From: Minisyncoccota bacterium
GTDB taxonomy: Bacteria > Patescibacteriota > Minisyncoccia > UBA6257 > 2-01-FULL-56-20
Reading direction: 5' to 3'
Assembly: GCA_022843285.1 (NCBI GenBank)
Contig: JALHNY010000003.1
Span: 25,533 to 89,532 of the forward strand
DNA: 64,000 nt
Part shown: positions 36,674 to 46,285 of the stretch, one piece after another
Numbering within the stretch: position 1 is the stretch's first letter
Layout of the letters: each line of letters begins with the position of its first letter
Notes under the pieces: generated by a model
The model's database searches: none
What the model was told of the DNA's origin: nothing
What the model saw: the letters and a program-made list of their open reading frames with translations, nothing else
Translations under genes and position numbers: made by a program

Positions 36674-37339
36674 CTACGCGGCGGGGGCGGTTGGCATGGG
36701 AACGTCGGTGCGCTCAATCGTGTCGGGGTTGTAGAAGTTGTAGTACAGCTCTACCAGCTCCTGGTTGTTGAGAATGGTAGCCTCGAGGCCAATCTGGCGG
36801 ATGCCGTCTATGACCGACTCGACCCTCTGCTGGAGCTGCCCCGCGTTCTCCTTGAAGGTGCTCTCGGTGGAAGCTTTCATTTCCTCCTCGTTCTTCTTTT
36901 TTCCGAAGAAGGGCAGCGAGCTCGTCACGCTGCTCGCGGACGGAAGGTTCATCGGGTAGTACGGGACCACCACGATGAACATCTTGCGCATGATGGCGAA
37001 CTGGGAGACGAAGCCGCGAATGAACTCCTGGTACTCGTTCATCTGGTTGCGGAGGAGGCCGCTCGGCTCGTCGGAGCGGCGCTTCTCCAGGAGCGAGAGG
37101 TACTTCTCGATGTTGATCTTGCGAGAGTGAATGACAATCTGGACCTGGTAGTCCAGTGCGTTGAGAAAGTTCTGGTACGCGCGGACGATCACGTTCTGCT
37201 CCTCCTCAGACTTGAGGGCGAAGTTGGTGCCGCCAACCATGACGAGCTGGCACATGCCTCCGCCGCGCAGCATGACGATGTTGTCCCTGATGTCAGAGAT
37301 CTCAACCAGGTCCTGGGAGTTCGCCGCGTTTGAAGCCAT
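36674..37339 (-). CDS. VirB4 N-terminal domain (CagE_TrbE_VirB-like) encoded as a separate ORF
   Basis: …ISDIRDNIVMLRGGG…FALKSEEEQNVIVRAYQNFLNALDYQVQIVIHS… follows the pattern at the start of Gram-positive VirB4 proteins. It ends in TAG and is in a different frame from the downstream ATPase ORF. Confidence 0.6.
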   Translation of the reverse strand: MASNAANSQDLVEISDIRDNIVMLRGGGMCQLVMVGGTNFALKSEEEQNVIVRAYQNFLNALDYQVQIVIHSRKINIEKYLSLLEKRRSDEPSGLLRNQMNEYQEFIRGFVSQFAIMRKMFIVVVPYYPMNLPSASSVTSSLPFFGKKKNEEEMKASTESTFKENAGQLQQRVESVIDGIRQIGLEATILNNQELVELYYNFYNPDTIERTDVPMPTAPAA

Positions 37340-37371
37340 GGAGGTATTATCTGCGATGGAACTGCTGGATG

Positions 37372-37878
37372 CTAGCCGGTGAAATCGACGCGCTTGGCTG
37401 CCCGGAGCTCGCCGGTGACCTGGCGGAACACCTCGAACGTGCTCTCCGCGGCGGGGTCGCGGACGTCTTTCTGCTCGGCTTTGCTGCCGGTTTGGACGTA
37501 CTGCCAGGTCTTTTTGAGGCTGGTGCCCGAGATGATGCTCTCGAGGTTCAAGCTGCCGCTGACCTGGTGCATGGTCTCGGTGTTCTTGGGCATCTGGGGC
37601 TTATCCGGCTGCCAGAGGTAGAGCTGGGGGTTCCAGTAGAAGAGGAAGCCGAGGATGACGAGCTTTGAGAGCTTCTGCCCGTTCACTTTGACGAACGCGA
37701 GGCTGATGCCAGCTCCGCCAACCACCAGGGCGAAGAGGATGAAAAGGAAGCTCTGGAAGAAGAAGTACAGAACGAAGATCAGGGCTGCCGTGATGCAGAC
37801 GTAGATAAACTGGCGAATCGTGAAGGGACCCGCGATTTTATCCTCGGTATCGATGAACTGTGGGATCTGGTACTGCAT
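37372..37878 (-). CDS. PrgI-family / VirB3-like small membrane protein
   Basis: N-terminus MQYQIPQFIDTEDKIAGPFTIRQFIYV followed by two TM helices matches, from memory, the PrgI family found upstream of VirB4 in Gram-positive T4SS loci. Confidence 0.55.
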   Translation of the reverse strand: MQYQIPQFIDTEDKIAGPFTIRQFIYVCITAALIFVLYFFFQSFLFILFALVVGGAGISLAFVKVNGQKLSKLVILGFLFYWNPQLYLWQPDKPQMPKNTETMHQVSGSLNLESIISGTSLKKTWQYVQTGSKAEQKDVRDPAAESTFEVFRQVTGELRAAKRVDFTG

Positions 37879-37908
37879 GGCGCCTCCTGGGCGCTAGTCT
37901 ACCACGCT

Positions 37909-39000
37909 TTACGCCTTCGGAGGTGCCGGAAGGTCGTCTATGGGGGTCGGAGCTCCAGCGTGGGTCGGCGCGGGCGCAGTCGGAGTTTCCGAGTAGTCCA
38001 CGTTCTTTGCGTCCGCTGGAATCGGAGCTTCGAGGACGTCAGTCGCGTGCTTGCGGTTGGCCCCAAACTTTGCGGAGTGCCACGGGGCAATCTTGCTGAT
38101 AATGCTGTCCACGAAGCCGGAAGGGGCTGCGTCAGGCTCTGGCTGCATCGGAACGGAGACCACCTCTGGAGAGGGCGTGACGGGCAGGTCCATTGCCGGC
38201 ATTGGGGTGGTCGCGAGCGGCACCGGGGCGGTCATCGAGAACGCCGGAGGGGCGACGTTCTGCGCGGAGTAGTCGATCTCCTGCAGCTGCGGCGTCTTCT
38301 TCTCCACGAAAATGGACTGGAACTTCGAGTCCAGGCTGGCCGCCGTGCCGAGGTCGATGCGGGCCGCCCTGCGGGGAGGGGCGGATGGCGTAACGCCAGG
38401 CGCAATGTTGCCGCTGCCCATGGGGCCGCCAATGCTCGCCGTTGCAGCAGATACCTGCTGCTGGTTTGCGAGGGCATCGCTGTGGAGCGGCAGGGGGGCC
38501 GGGGCAGCAGAGGTCGGCACGAACGCTGGCACCGAAGCCGTGCCGGCCACCGGGGCGGGCACGACCCGCTGCGGTGCCACGGGGGTGGAGCTCGGCATGC
38601 TCGCGGGTGCGCCGGAGATTGCAGATCCGCGAAGGTCGAGCTGGGGGCCGATGGGAACGGGCACCGTTTTCTTGGTTGCAGCGCCCAGCTCCTCTTCTCC
38701 GATGCCGAAGCGGACCAGGTCGTTGGCAATGGGGAGGAGAATTTTTAGCTTCACCTCTTCGTAGACAGAGCGAGCGAGGGCCGGCGTAATGCCGAGCTCA
38801 GTAGCGAGCCTGCCCTCAAATTCGGAGAGCTTGATGTCGCGCACCTCGAGAGCGAAGAGGAGCCTCGGGAGGGCAGTTTCAGTTTCCGGCAGTGAGAACT
38901 TCTGCTCGATGTCGACGATAGCCTGGTCAACGGCATCGCTCCAGAACCAATCCTGGATTGGCTGCGGTACTGCTCTCAGTTTTTCTTGTGCGGTGGCCAT
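37909..39000 (-). CDS. hypothetical protein with a Pro/Ala-rich low-complexity C-terminal two-thirds
   Basis: 363 aa, a ~110-aa N-terminal globular region then a P/A/S/T-rich repeat region; no TM helix. Confidence 0.4.
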   Translation of the reverse strand: MATAQEKLRAVPQPIQDWFWSDAVDQAIVDIEQKFSLPETETALPRLLFALEVRDIKLSEFEGRLATELGITPALARSVYEEVKLKILLPIANDLVRFGIGEEELGAATKKTVPVPIGPQLDLRGSAISGAPASMPSSTPVAPQRVVPAPVAGTASVPAFVPTSAAPAPLPLHSDALANQQQVSAATASIGGPMGSGNIAPGVTPSAPPRRAARIDLGTAASLDSKFQSIFVEKKTPQLQEIDYSAQNVAPPAFSMTAPVPLATTPMPAMDLPVTPSPEVVSVPMQPEPDAAPSGFVDSIISKIAPWHSAKFGANRKHATDVLEAPIPADAKNVDYSETPTAPAPTHAGAPTPIDDLPAPPKA

Positions 39001-39009
39001 GGTTGCAGT

Positions 39010-41274
39010 TTAGCTAGTTCCCCAGAGCTGGTTAATCGCGTCCTGCTTCGTCTTCACCTCGCCCTTCGAGTCCACCGTCGACTGGAGCTTGGCGCGCGCC
39101 CTCTCGCGGCGGGTCTCGAAGTTGACGCTCTTCTCCAGCGTGTTGAGCATCGCCTTGATCTTCGTTTCGGTGGTGCGCTTGTGGTTCTTGAGGCCCTCAG
39201 CGTCGAGTTTGAGATCCTTGAAGTACGCTTCCCACTTCTTGTCGTCCCCGTTTGCCTTGTCCTCCTCAATCATCTTGCTGAGGAAGTCGAGCGTGCTGTC
39301 GATGTGGTCAATGGTGAGCGGGTTGATGTCACCAATTTTCTTGAGGGTGCCGGTGTTGATGGCGAGCGTGTTGAGCGCCTGCCCGAGCTGGACGCCGCCA
39401 TCGTCATCTTCCTTGGGGCCGAACATGGTGACCTCGTTGGCGATGTTGATGACGTTGTCTGGCTTGATGGCGCCGACGTAGCCCGCGATGGCTTCCTCCT
39501 TGGTGATGACGTCGCTGTCGTCTTTGGCGTCCTTGCGCTTCTTGAGCGGAGCAAACTCTGCCAGGCGAGGATCTGCCTCGAGGACGTCCTTGAGGTTGCC
39601 GGCGTCAGCCTGCCTCTTGAAGAGCTTCTCGAGCTTCTCCTTTTCGACCTGCTCAGCTTTTTTCTTCTTTTCAGGGTCTTCGGTCTCCCCCATCTCGCCC
39701 TTGCTGCGGGTCTTGGCTGCGGTTGAGATGCGCTCATCCATCTGCTTCTTGATGTCCCCGAGGCCCTTCTTGTCTTTGAGGAGCTCGAGAATGGCCGCCT
39801 CGCGGTCCGGGTTCGCAGCGAGCGAGCCACTGCTGAGGCGATCCAGCTCCTTGAGGAGGGCGTCCTTGGTGAGGCCGCCGAGGTCAGTCTTGTACCCCTT
39901 GATGCGCTCCTCGGGACCCTTGCGATCTACGACACCCGCTTTGGCAATGGCAGAGCCGGCCGCGCCCAGGCCGACCATGCGAGCGGCGCGGTTCCCCGAG
40001 GCGAGGGTGGAGAGTCGTGATCCGAAGCGCTGGAGCCTCGAGTTGCCGTCCGCATCCTTGCCCGAGCTGCGGGCACGATCGAGCGCGCGCAGGCCAGCGT
40101 TCTTGGAGCGTGTCGTGACCTGTCGCTTCACGGAGTTGCCCGCGGATTCCATTATTTTCACACCGGTGCCCGCTACGCCGATGCCCATTTTGTGCGCGAG
40201 GTAGAGGCCTCCCCACAGTGCGCCGCCGATGATGCCAGCGGTCATGATTTGATCCACCATCGGCTGCAGGAAGCTGCCCAGAATTCCAGAGAACGCGTTG
40301 AGCACGCCCTTGTTAGCAGATGCCGCTGTTCCCAGTCCGCCTGATGCGTTGATGCCACCAGAAGCGGCGAACACGTCGGCAATGCGGAGACCCAGGTACA
40401 GGAAGAACAGGGCTACCGGGCCGAAGAAGGTCCACTTGATGAACAGGTTCATCCACTTGGATACGTACGACTGGGAGAACGGGAAGATCCAAGCGACCCA
40501 GACACCGGGGAGCATGACCAGCAGCAGTCCTAACCAGATGTACCTCAAGAAGAAAGCTACGATCATCACCCCGAGGAACAGGAGCACCTGGAAAATGAGG
40601 GCAACCGTGATGAAGACGCTGACAATCATCGCGTACATCTGGCCAGCGTTGGCAGCGGCATCGCCAAACTGCTTAGCCCACTCGTCCTTCGGGTCACCCT
40701 TGATGAAACCCTGCTGCGGCTGCGTTGCCGTTGCGAGCCTGTCGGCAAACTCAAAGAACTGGGTGTTGCCGTCTCCGGTGGGCACGGACGCGTTCAGGAA
40801 GAACATGGATAGCTGATCTGAGAACGACAGGGCGGTACCAGCGAGAACCAAGCTGAAGTTCACGCCAACCGCGGCGATGACAATCTTGAGGAGCAGCTGC
40901 CTGACGCCGTACGTGTTCCAGCGGACAATCGTGGCAACAGCCATCGTGATGACGGCAGCGACGAAGAGGATGTTGGCGAATGCCAGGACAATAGAGAAGC
41001 CAACCGATACCGTCGGTGAGTTAACAATGTCGAGGTTGAGCCGCATGACGACGCCCAGGAAGAAAGCCTCGATTGCAATGAAGAGCGCTCCAATTGAAGC
41101 AATGGCCCACGAAATTGCGTACGTCGCGTAGAGGAAGGCACTGAAGATGCCACCCTTGACCGACTCGAAGAGGTCAAAGATGGACCAAGCAGCGTGAGCC
41201 TGCTCGGGAACGAGCAGGAGCAGCGCGCCCAGTGCCGCAGCAGTGCCGAAGCCAAGGATCCTCGCTCTATTCAT
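39010..41274 (-). CDS. VirB6/TrbL-like polytopic T4SS membrane protein with a long charged C-terminal extension
   Basis: Signal-like N-terminus, at least seven TM helices with a conserved-looking GxxxW region, then a ~380-aa Lys/Glu/Asp-rich tail. The start is set at the internal Met (MNRARILGF…), 4 nt from the upstream stop. Confidence 0.5.
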   Translation of the reverse strand: MNRARILGFGTAAALGALLLLVPEQAHAAWSIFDLFESVKGGIFSAFLYATYAISWAIASIGALFIAIEAFFLGVVMRLNLDIVNSPTVSVGFSIVLAFANILFVAAVITMAVATIVRWNTYGVRQLLLKIVIAAVGVNFSLVLAGTALSFSDQLSMFFLNASVPTGDGNTQFFEFADRLATATQPQQGFIKGDPKDEWAKQFGDAAANAGQMYAMIVSVFITVALIFQVLLFLGVMIVAFFLRYIWLGLLLVMLPGVWVAWIFPFSQSYVSKWMNLFIKWTFFGPVALFFLYLGLRIADVFAASGGINASGGLGTAASANKGVLNAFSGILGSFLQPMVDQIMTAGIIGGALWGGLYLAHKMGIGVAGTGVKIMESAGNSVKRQVTTRSKNAGLRALDRARSSGKDADGNSRLQRFGSRLSTLASGNRAARMVGLGAAGSAIAKAGVVDRKGPEERIKGYKTDLGGLTKDALLKELDRLSSGSLAANPDREAAILELLKDKKGLGDIKKQMDERISTAAKTRSKGEMGETEDPEKKKKAEQVEKEKLEKLFKRQADAGNLKDVLEADPRLAEFAPLKKRKDAKDDSDVITKEEAIAGYVGAIKPDNVINIANEVTMFGPKEDDDGGVQLGQALNTLAINTGTLKKIGDINPLTIDHIDSTLDFLSKMIEEDKANGDDKKWEAYFKDLKLDAEGLKNHKRTTETKIKAMLNTLEKSVNFETRRERARAKLQSTVDSKGEVKTKQDAINQLWGTS

Positions 41275-43639
41275 CGAGGGTGGGCAGCGGGATGTTGCAG
41301 GCTCGGTCGCGCAGGTTCTCCTGTGCGGCATCGCGGAGGCCATCAATCTGAGCGACGCGAATGGCAACGCGTGTCAGTACCGAGGCCATGCTCGAGTTGA
41401 TGACGTCCGCCTCGTTCATGTACGTGGCAATGCCCATGGCGGATGTGGAGCTGGCGACGTTGGAGCGGAGTGTGGCCAGCGTCCTCCCCGTGCGGGAGAG
41501 CTCAGTGCGGTCAGTTTCGTTGGTCGGTGCGATCCGATCAATTGCGCCAATGCGCTGGTTCGCGTCCGAGGCGTAGGCGGTGCAGGTGAGGGCCACCGAG
41601 CGCAGCACCGGAACGGTCGAAGACGCCGTGGTGGGCCAGGTTGCCGCAGAGCTCGATGCTTGGTTGATGCGGCTTTCGAGGCTGCCAATGAGCTGGAGAG
41701 CCTGGCTCCTCAGTCCATCGATGTCGGGGTCAGGGTCCCCGCTGCCCGGGAGCGTGCTGGTGCCCGTCGTGCTCGTCGTGCTGGGACCCGGGCCACCGCC
41801 GTCTCCGTTGAACAGGCCCAAGATGCCACGCTCGGCCATGCCGACCAGGCGGGTGATGGCGGCATCAATGAGGACGCCAATGAGCCCCGCCAGATCTTCT
41901 GCGTTGACGATGTTGTCGAGGGAAGCGCCGAGAGCTTTCTCGACCTGGCCAGCCACAGCGCCACCTGGAGTGGTCTGCTGCATGCCACCGGGGCGACAGA
42001 CTTTCACCTCGCAGTACCTGCCCGGTGGCAGTGAAGAGGGAACCGTAGTCGTGCCGCGCGTGATGGTGCTGACCGAGAAGCAGCCGCGTGGACCTATGCC
42101 GACGACGCCCGAACTGCTGGATTGGTTCATGGTTTGGTACTGACCCTCCGTCATGATCTCGAGGTCGTAGCTCACGCACCGCTCCATCCCCTTGTACCCC
42201 TGGTTGGCGGCAGCATTTTGGCTCGCGGCCTCAGCGCTAGCCTGGGACTGTCGGGCAATTTGCTCGTTGGCTAGGATGACAGCTCCGAAGACGTTGTTCT
42301 CGGGGAGGACGGAGCTCAGGAAGCCTGCCCAGCCGCCCGCGCGGAAATCGTCATAGAAGGCGCGGATGTTCTGCACAACCTGATCTAGGGTGCAGGTAAT
42401 CGGGGTTTGGCGCGTTTCGGGTATGAAGGCGCGAGCTCCTCCCGAGGCGAACGTTGAGAAGTTGGTACACAATTGGGGCGCAATCATGGTGAGGGCTTGG
42501 TTGGCAGCCCCCACGCCAGCATCCGTCAGGAACTTCTTCCAGTTCGTGATGAACTGGGGCTTGCCGCCGCCCTGGACCCACTTGATGGTCTGCTGAATCA
42601 TGCGGCCCACAATCTGGTTCTTGAGGATTTGGGTCGCAATTTTTCTGGCCCACTCCACGAGCGTCTGCGTCCAGGTACCGGCAATGCCAACGCCGTTGAA
42701 GATGCTGACGATGATGTGCTTGATGTCCGTGAAAACGAACGCGTGAGCGGAGGAAACGCCGAGCATCGACGCAATCATGAAAGGCTCGCGCGCTTGCGCG
42801 AACATCTCGGGAGCCTTCTCCTCGAACTGCGTTACCGCAAGGTGTACCCGAGCTTCCTCCTGTGCCCGCAGCTCGGGGAACTTTGCGGTGAAGACCACCG
42901 CCTTGAGCGGATCGGTCGCGTAGTTGATGTCGCTGAGCTGCCGGTTGAGCTCGAGGTACGTGAGGAGTGAGCGGTGCATGTCCGCTGCTGGCTCCGGGAC
43001 GGTCGCATTGTAGAGTGCCTCCTGCGCATCGGAAAAGATGAAGTTCGAAGCTTGCATGGAGGCTTCGGTCGGCTCTCCGTAGGAAGCGCGAGCCATCAGG
43101 CCGGAGATGCCGCGATCGCTGTTGATCTTCGACATGGTTTGGTCGAGGGTCGTGAAGTACTCGTCGACCTGCGTCGTCGTGTAGTTGCGCACCACTTTCA
43201 CCCTGCCCTCATCGATGGCGTACGTCGTGGGGGCCATCGCCGCGTCGGTGACGTACTCGTCAACGAATGACTCGATGTCGATCGGGGGTGCGATGCCGTA
43301 CCCCTCTTCCGGCCCGTTCGGGTTCTGCTTCACGAACTCGTACGCCAGGCCCTTGGCGAGAGTATCCGTGTAGTTCTCCCGGGTTGTGATGGTCGGGGAG
43401 AACTCTTTCGCTAGGTCGTAGCCTTCCACGACGCGCCCGCCGGGGATTTCTTCAATGAGCGCCGTGTCTCCAATCTTGGGGACCTGCGACTCGGCATTTT
43501 TTTGCACCGTGCGCGCGATGAGGGCGTCCCCCTCGCTGCGCTGGCGTGCGAGGCTCGTGACAGCGAGCGTTGCAGAGCCAGCCAGAAGGGCGAGGACCAA
43601 GAAGGTCGTTACGAGCCGCCGGAGATCGTGACTCTGCAT
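41267..43639 (-). CDS. large (790 aa) N-terminally membrane-anchored extracytoplasmic protein, hypothetical (first gene of the T4SS-like cluster)
   Basis: Single N-terminal TM helix (LVTTFLVLALLAGSATLAV) and a long Ser/Thr/Gly-containing ectodomain. No family recognised. Confidence 0.45.
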   Translation of the reverse strand: MQSHDLRRLVTTFLVLALLAGSATLAVTSLARQRSEGDALIARTVQKNAESQVPKIGDTALIEEIPGGRVVEGYDLAKEFSPTITTRENYTDTLAKGLAYEFVKQNPNGPEEGYGIAPPIDIESFVDEYVTDAAMAPTTYAIDEGRVKVVRNYTTTQVDEYFTTLDQTMSKINSDRGISGLMARASYGEPTEASMQASNFIFSDAQEALYNATVPEPAADMHRSLLTYLELNRQLSDINYATDPLKAVVFTAKFPELRAQEEARVHLAVTQFEEKAPEMFAQAREPFMIASMLGVSSAHAFVFTDIKHIIVSIFNGVGIAGTWTQTLVEWARKIATQILKNQIVGRMIQQTIKWVQGGGKPQFITNWKKFLTDAGVGAANQALTMIAPQLCTNFSTFASGGARAFIPETRQTPITCTLDQVVQNIRAFYDDFRAGGWAGFLSSVLPENNVFGAVILANEQIARQSQASAEAASQNAAANQGYKGMERCVSYDLEIMTEGQYQTMNQSSSSGVVGIGPRGCFSVSTITRGTTTVPSSLPPGRYCEVKVCRPGGMQQTTPGGAVAGQVEKALGASLDNIVNAEDLAGLIGVLIDAAITRLVGMAERGILGLFNGDGGGPGPSTTSTTGTSTLPGSGDPDPDIDGLRSQALQLIGSLESRINQASSSAATWPTTASSTVPVLRSVALTCTAYASDANQRIGAIDRIAPTNETDRTELSRTGRTLATLRSNVASSTSAMGIATYMNEADVINSSMASVLTRVAIRVAQIDGLRDAAQENLRDRACNIPLPTLDE

Positions 43640-43679
43640 AATCTGCTTAATTGTACGGCAGTGAGCTCTGCCAGCACAA

Positions 43680-44474
43680 TCAAGCTTTTCCAGAGTAGGT
43701 CAGAATTGCCGCGAGCTTCGCAATCAATTCCACCGAGAGGTCCTGCGGCCTGGCGTTAGTGGGGAGGCCCACCTGTTCGAGCGCAGCAGTGACGGCAGCT
43801 TTCTCGGTGCCGTCCCCCGTCAGGTTGTTGGCTAGCACTTTCCGGGGCTGCGTGAAGGCGCGGCGCGCCAAATCTTCGTAGGCGGCTCTGTTCTCCACCG
43901 GATGTTCTCTCCTTATAAAGGAGAGAACAGCAGAATCTACCCTGGGAGGAGGGCTGAAAGCCGTTTTGGGGACCAGGGTCACGATCTCGGGCGTCGCCCA
44001 GGCGCCCACAAAAGCGGCGAGCTTGGTGAAAGATCCAGGACCAGCTGCAATGCGCTCGGCGACTTCCTTCTGCATGAGCAGGGCTGCCCGTCGGGGCGGG
44101 TTAGCCAGTTCTCCCATCTGGCGCACCAGAAAGCTCGTCAGGTAGTACGGAATGTTGCCGGCCAGCTTCCAGTCCCCTTCGAGGGAGTCCGCCACCGATC
44201 CCAGGACCTCGCGGATGTCCCCGTGCACCACCTCGAGGCTGGGGTTCTTCTCCTTATTATTGTGAACCAAACCCGCGGCGAGCTTCACGTCACGTTCAAT
44301 CGCGATAATGCGATGGTGAGGCTCGGCGAGGATGTGGCGCGTGAGCTCGCCGTGGCCAGGTCCGACTTCGACGACCGTGTCGCTCTCACCGAGCTGGAGC
44401 GCACGAACGAGAGCCCGCGCGGGGCCCGGGGTTTTCAGGAAGTGCTGTCCCAGGGGTTGCCTCATGGTTACCAC
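43680..44474 (-). CDS. rsmA: 16S rRNA (adenine1518/1519-N6)-dimethyltransferase RsmA/KsgA
   Basis: …QHFL… SAM-binding VVEVGPGHGELT and NIPYY motifs. Confidence 0.85.
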   Translation of the reverse strand: MVTMRQPLGQHFLKTPGPARALVRALQLGESDTVVEVGPGHGELTRHILAEPHHRIIAIERDVKLAAGLVHNNKEKNPSLEVVHGDIREVLGSVADSLEGDWKLAGNIPYYLTSFLVRQMGELANPPRRAALLMQKEVAERIAAGPGSFTKLAAFVGAWATPEIVTLVPKTAFSPPPRVDSAVLSFIRREHPVENRAAYEDLARRAFTQPRKVLANNLTGDGTEKAAVTAALEQVGLPTNARPQDLSVELIAKLAAILTYSGKA

Positions 44475-46246
44475 AATACGTCTATGTACCGCTCTTCGTC
44501 ATCCAGGTCGAGCCTGCGGCTCCCCCGCTGCCCCGCGGTGACCGTGTACTGTTCGGGAATTTCCAGAATGAATCTGCTCGGAACGTGCACGAAGCTGATG
44601 GATAGGTCCTGGCGCGCCCGGGTCATTGCCACGTAGAAGAGGCGGCGCTCCTCTTCAAGCTCCGCCTCAGATCCCAGAGAGCGGCTGTGCGGCATGGTCC
44701 CCTCGCTCGCTCCGGCAATGTGGACGCGATCAAATTCCAGACCCTTAGCCATGTGCGCGGTCATCAGGGTAATGCCGGCAGCCGAGTTGCCTCCCGATCG
44801 GGTGTCCGTGGACTGCACCAGTGAGACGTGCTCGAGAAAGTCCGTGATGGTCTCAAAGGTTGCTGCGAAGTTGCGCAGCTCAGAGACGTTTGCGATGCGG
44901 TCCTCGGCGTTGTCGAACGTGTCCTCCAGGTGCGCCGCGTAGTGGCTCGCCGAGAGGAACACGTCGATGGCCCTCGTGGGCGTGGGGCTATCGAGCTCGA
45001 GCAGCGCTTCGAGGATGGGCGTACCCCGCTTCTTTTTGAACGTTTTCAGAATGCGCTCCGCGCCGAGAGCGTCATGGTGGTTGGCGGCCAGGCGCACGGC
45101 AGCGAGCACGTCCCGAATTTCTAGGCGGTCGTAGAACTGGACGCCGCCGTAGACGTGGTACGGAACCCGTGCCCGCACGAGGGCGTGCTCGAGGGCGCGA
45201 GCCTGCGCGTTGGTCCTGTAGAGAATAGCCGCTGAGCCTTTGCCAGATTGCACGTACGCTCCCAGCTGCTGTGCAATCCAGGCAGCCTCGTCGAGCTCCG
45301 TGTAGAACTCCGCAACGGTGATGGGGTTCCCCTCCTCCTTGTTGGCGCTCAGCTTTTTCTCTATCTGGTTCCGGTTGTTGGCAATGACGGCGTTGCTGGC
45401 CTCAATGATCGTTTTCGTGGAGCGGTAGTTTTCTTCGAGGCGGATGACGCGAGCCTGGGGCCAGTCCTTCTCGAACGCGAGGAAGATGTCGATGTTGGAT
45501 CCCCGCCAGCTGTAGATGGTCTGGTGGTCGTCTCCCACGACGGTGAGGTGGCTGCGCTCACCGACCAGCGCTCTCACCAGGCGGTACTGAGCCGCGTTGA
45601 TGTCCTGGTACTCATCGATGAGCACGTACCCAATCTCGTTCTGGTAGCGCTCGCGCAGCTGCGGGTGCTCTTCGAGCAGCTGCGCCGGTTTGATGATGAG
45701 GTCGTCAAAGTCGAAAGCGTTGTTCGTCGCGAGTGCCTCTTCGTACGCGCCGAAAGCAGAGACAGTCGCCGCAGCGAGCGGAGACGGATTGCCCGCGAGG
45801 TTCTCAAGTTGCTCCATGCCATTTTTGATGGCGCTGATTTTGTTTCGTAGCGTCGCAGCGGTGACCTTGCCCGGGAGCGTTTTAGCGATGCGACGCAGGA
45901 GCGTCATCGTGTCACCGTCGTCGTAGATGGTGAAGTCACGGGTGCGCGTGCCGAGCAGCGGTGCGTGCTTGCGGAGAAAGCGGGCTCCGAAACTGTGAAA
46001 CGTCCCAATCCAGGGAGCGACTTCCCCGCCAGCGTGCACCGTGCGCTCGCGCATTTCTTTTGCGGCCTTGTTCGTGAAGGTGACGGCAAGGATGCTCCGA
46101 GGATCGACGCCGAGGTCAATGAGGTGGCGGATGCGTTCCGTGAGGGTGCGAGTTTTTCCGGTTCCTGCGCCCGCGACGATGAGCAGCGGTTCAGCTCCTG
46201 CTTCTACTGCGGAGCGCTGCGCGGGGTTGAGGGGTGCTGGTGTCAT
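44468..46246 (-). CDS. UvrD/PcrA/Rep-family ATP-dependent DNA helicase
   Basis: Walker A AGAGTGKTRTL, motif II VLIDEYQD, and later SF1 motifs; 592 aa. Confidence 0.85.
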   Translation of the reverse strand: MTPAPLNPAQRSAVEAGAEPLLIVAGAGTGKTRTLTERIRHLIDLGVDPRSILAVTFTNKAAKEMRERTVHAGGEVAPWIGTFHSFGARFLRKHAPLLGTRTRDFTIYDDGDTMTLLRRIAKTLPGKVTAATLRNKISAIKNGMEQLENLAGNPSPLAAATVSAFGAYEEALATNNAFDFDDLIIKPAQLLEEHPQLRERYQNEIGYVLIDEYQDINAAQYRLVRALVGERSHLTVVGDDHQTIYSWRGSNIDIFLAFEKDWPQARVIRLEENYRSTKTIIEASNAVIANNRNQIEKKLSANKEEGNPITVAEFYTELDEAAWIAQQLGAYVQSGKGSAAILYRTNAQARALEHALVRARVPYHVYGGVQFYDRLEIRDVLAAVRLAANHHDALGAERILKTFKKKRGTPILEALLELDSPTPTRAIDVFLSASHYAAHLEDTFDNAEDRIANVSELRNFAATFETITDFLEHVSLVQSTDTRSGGNSAAGITLMTAHMAKGLEFDRVHIAGASEGTMPHSRSLGSEAELEEERRLFYVAMTRARQDLSISFVHVPSRFILEIPEQYTVTAGQRGSRRLDLDDEERYIDVLW

Positions 46247-46285
46247 GCTTGCACTCAGGCTTGGTGCTGGTAACCTTAAATTCTC

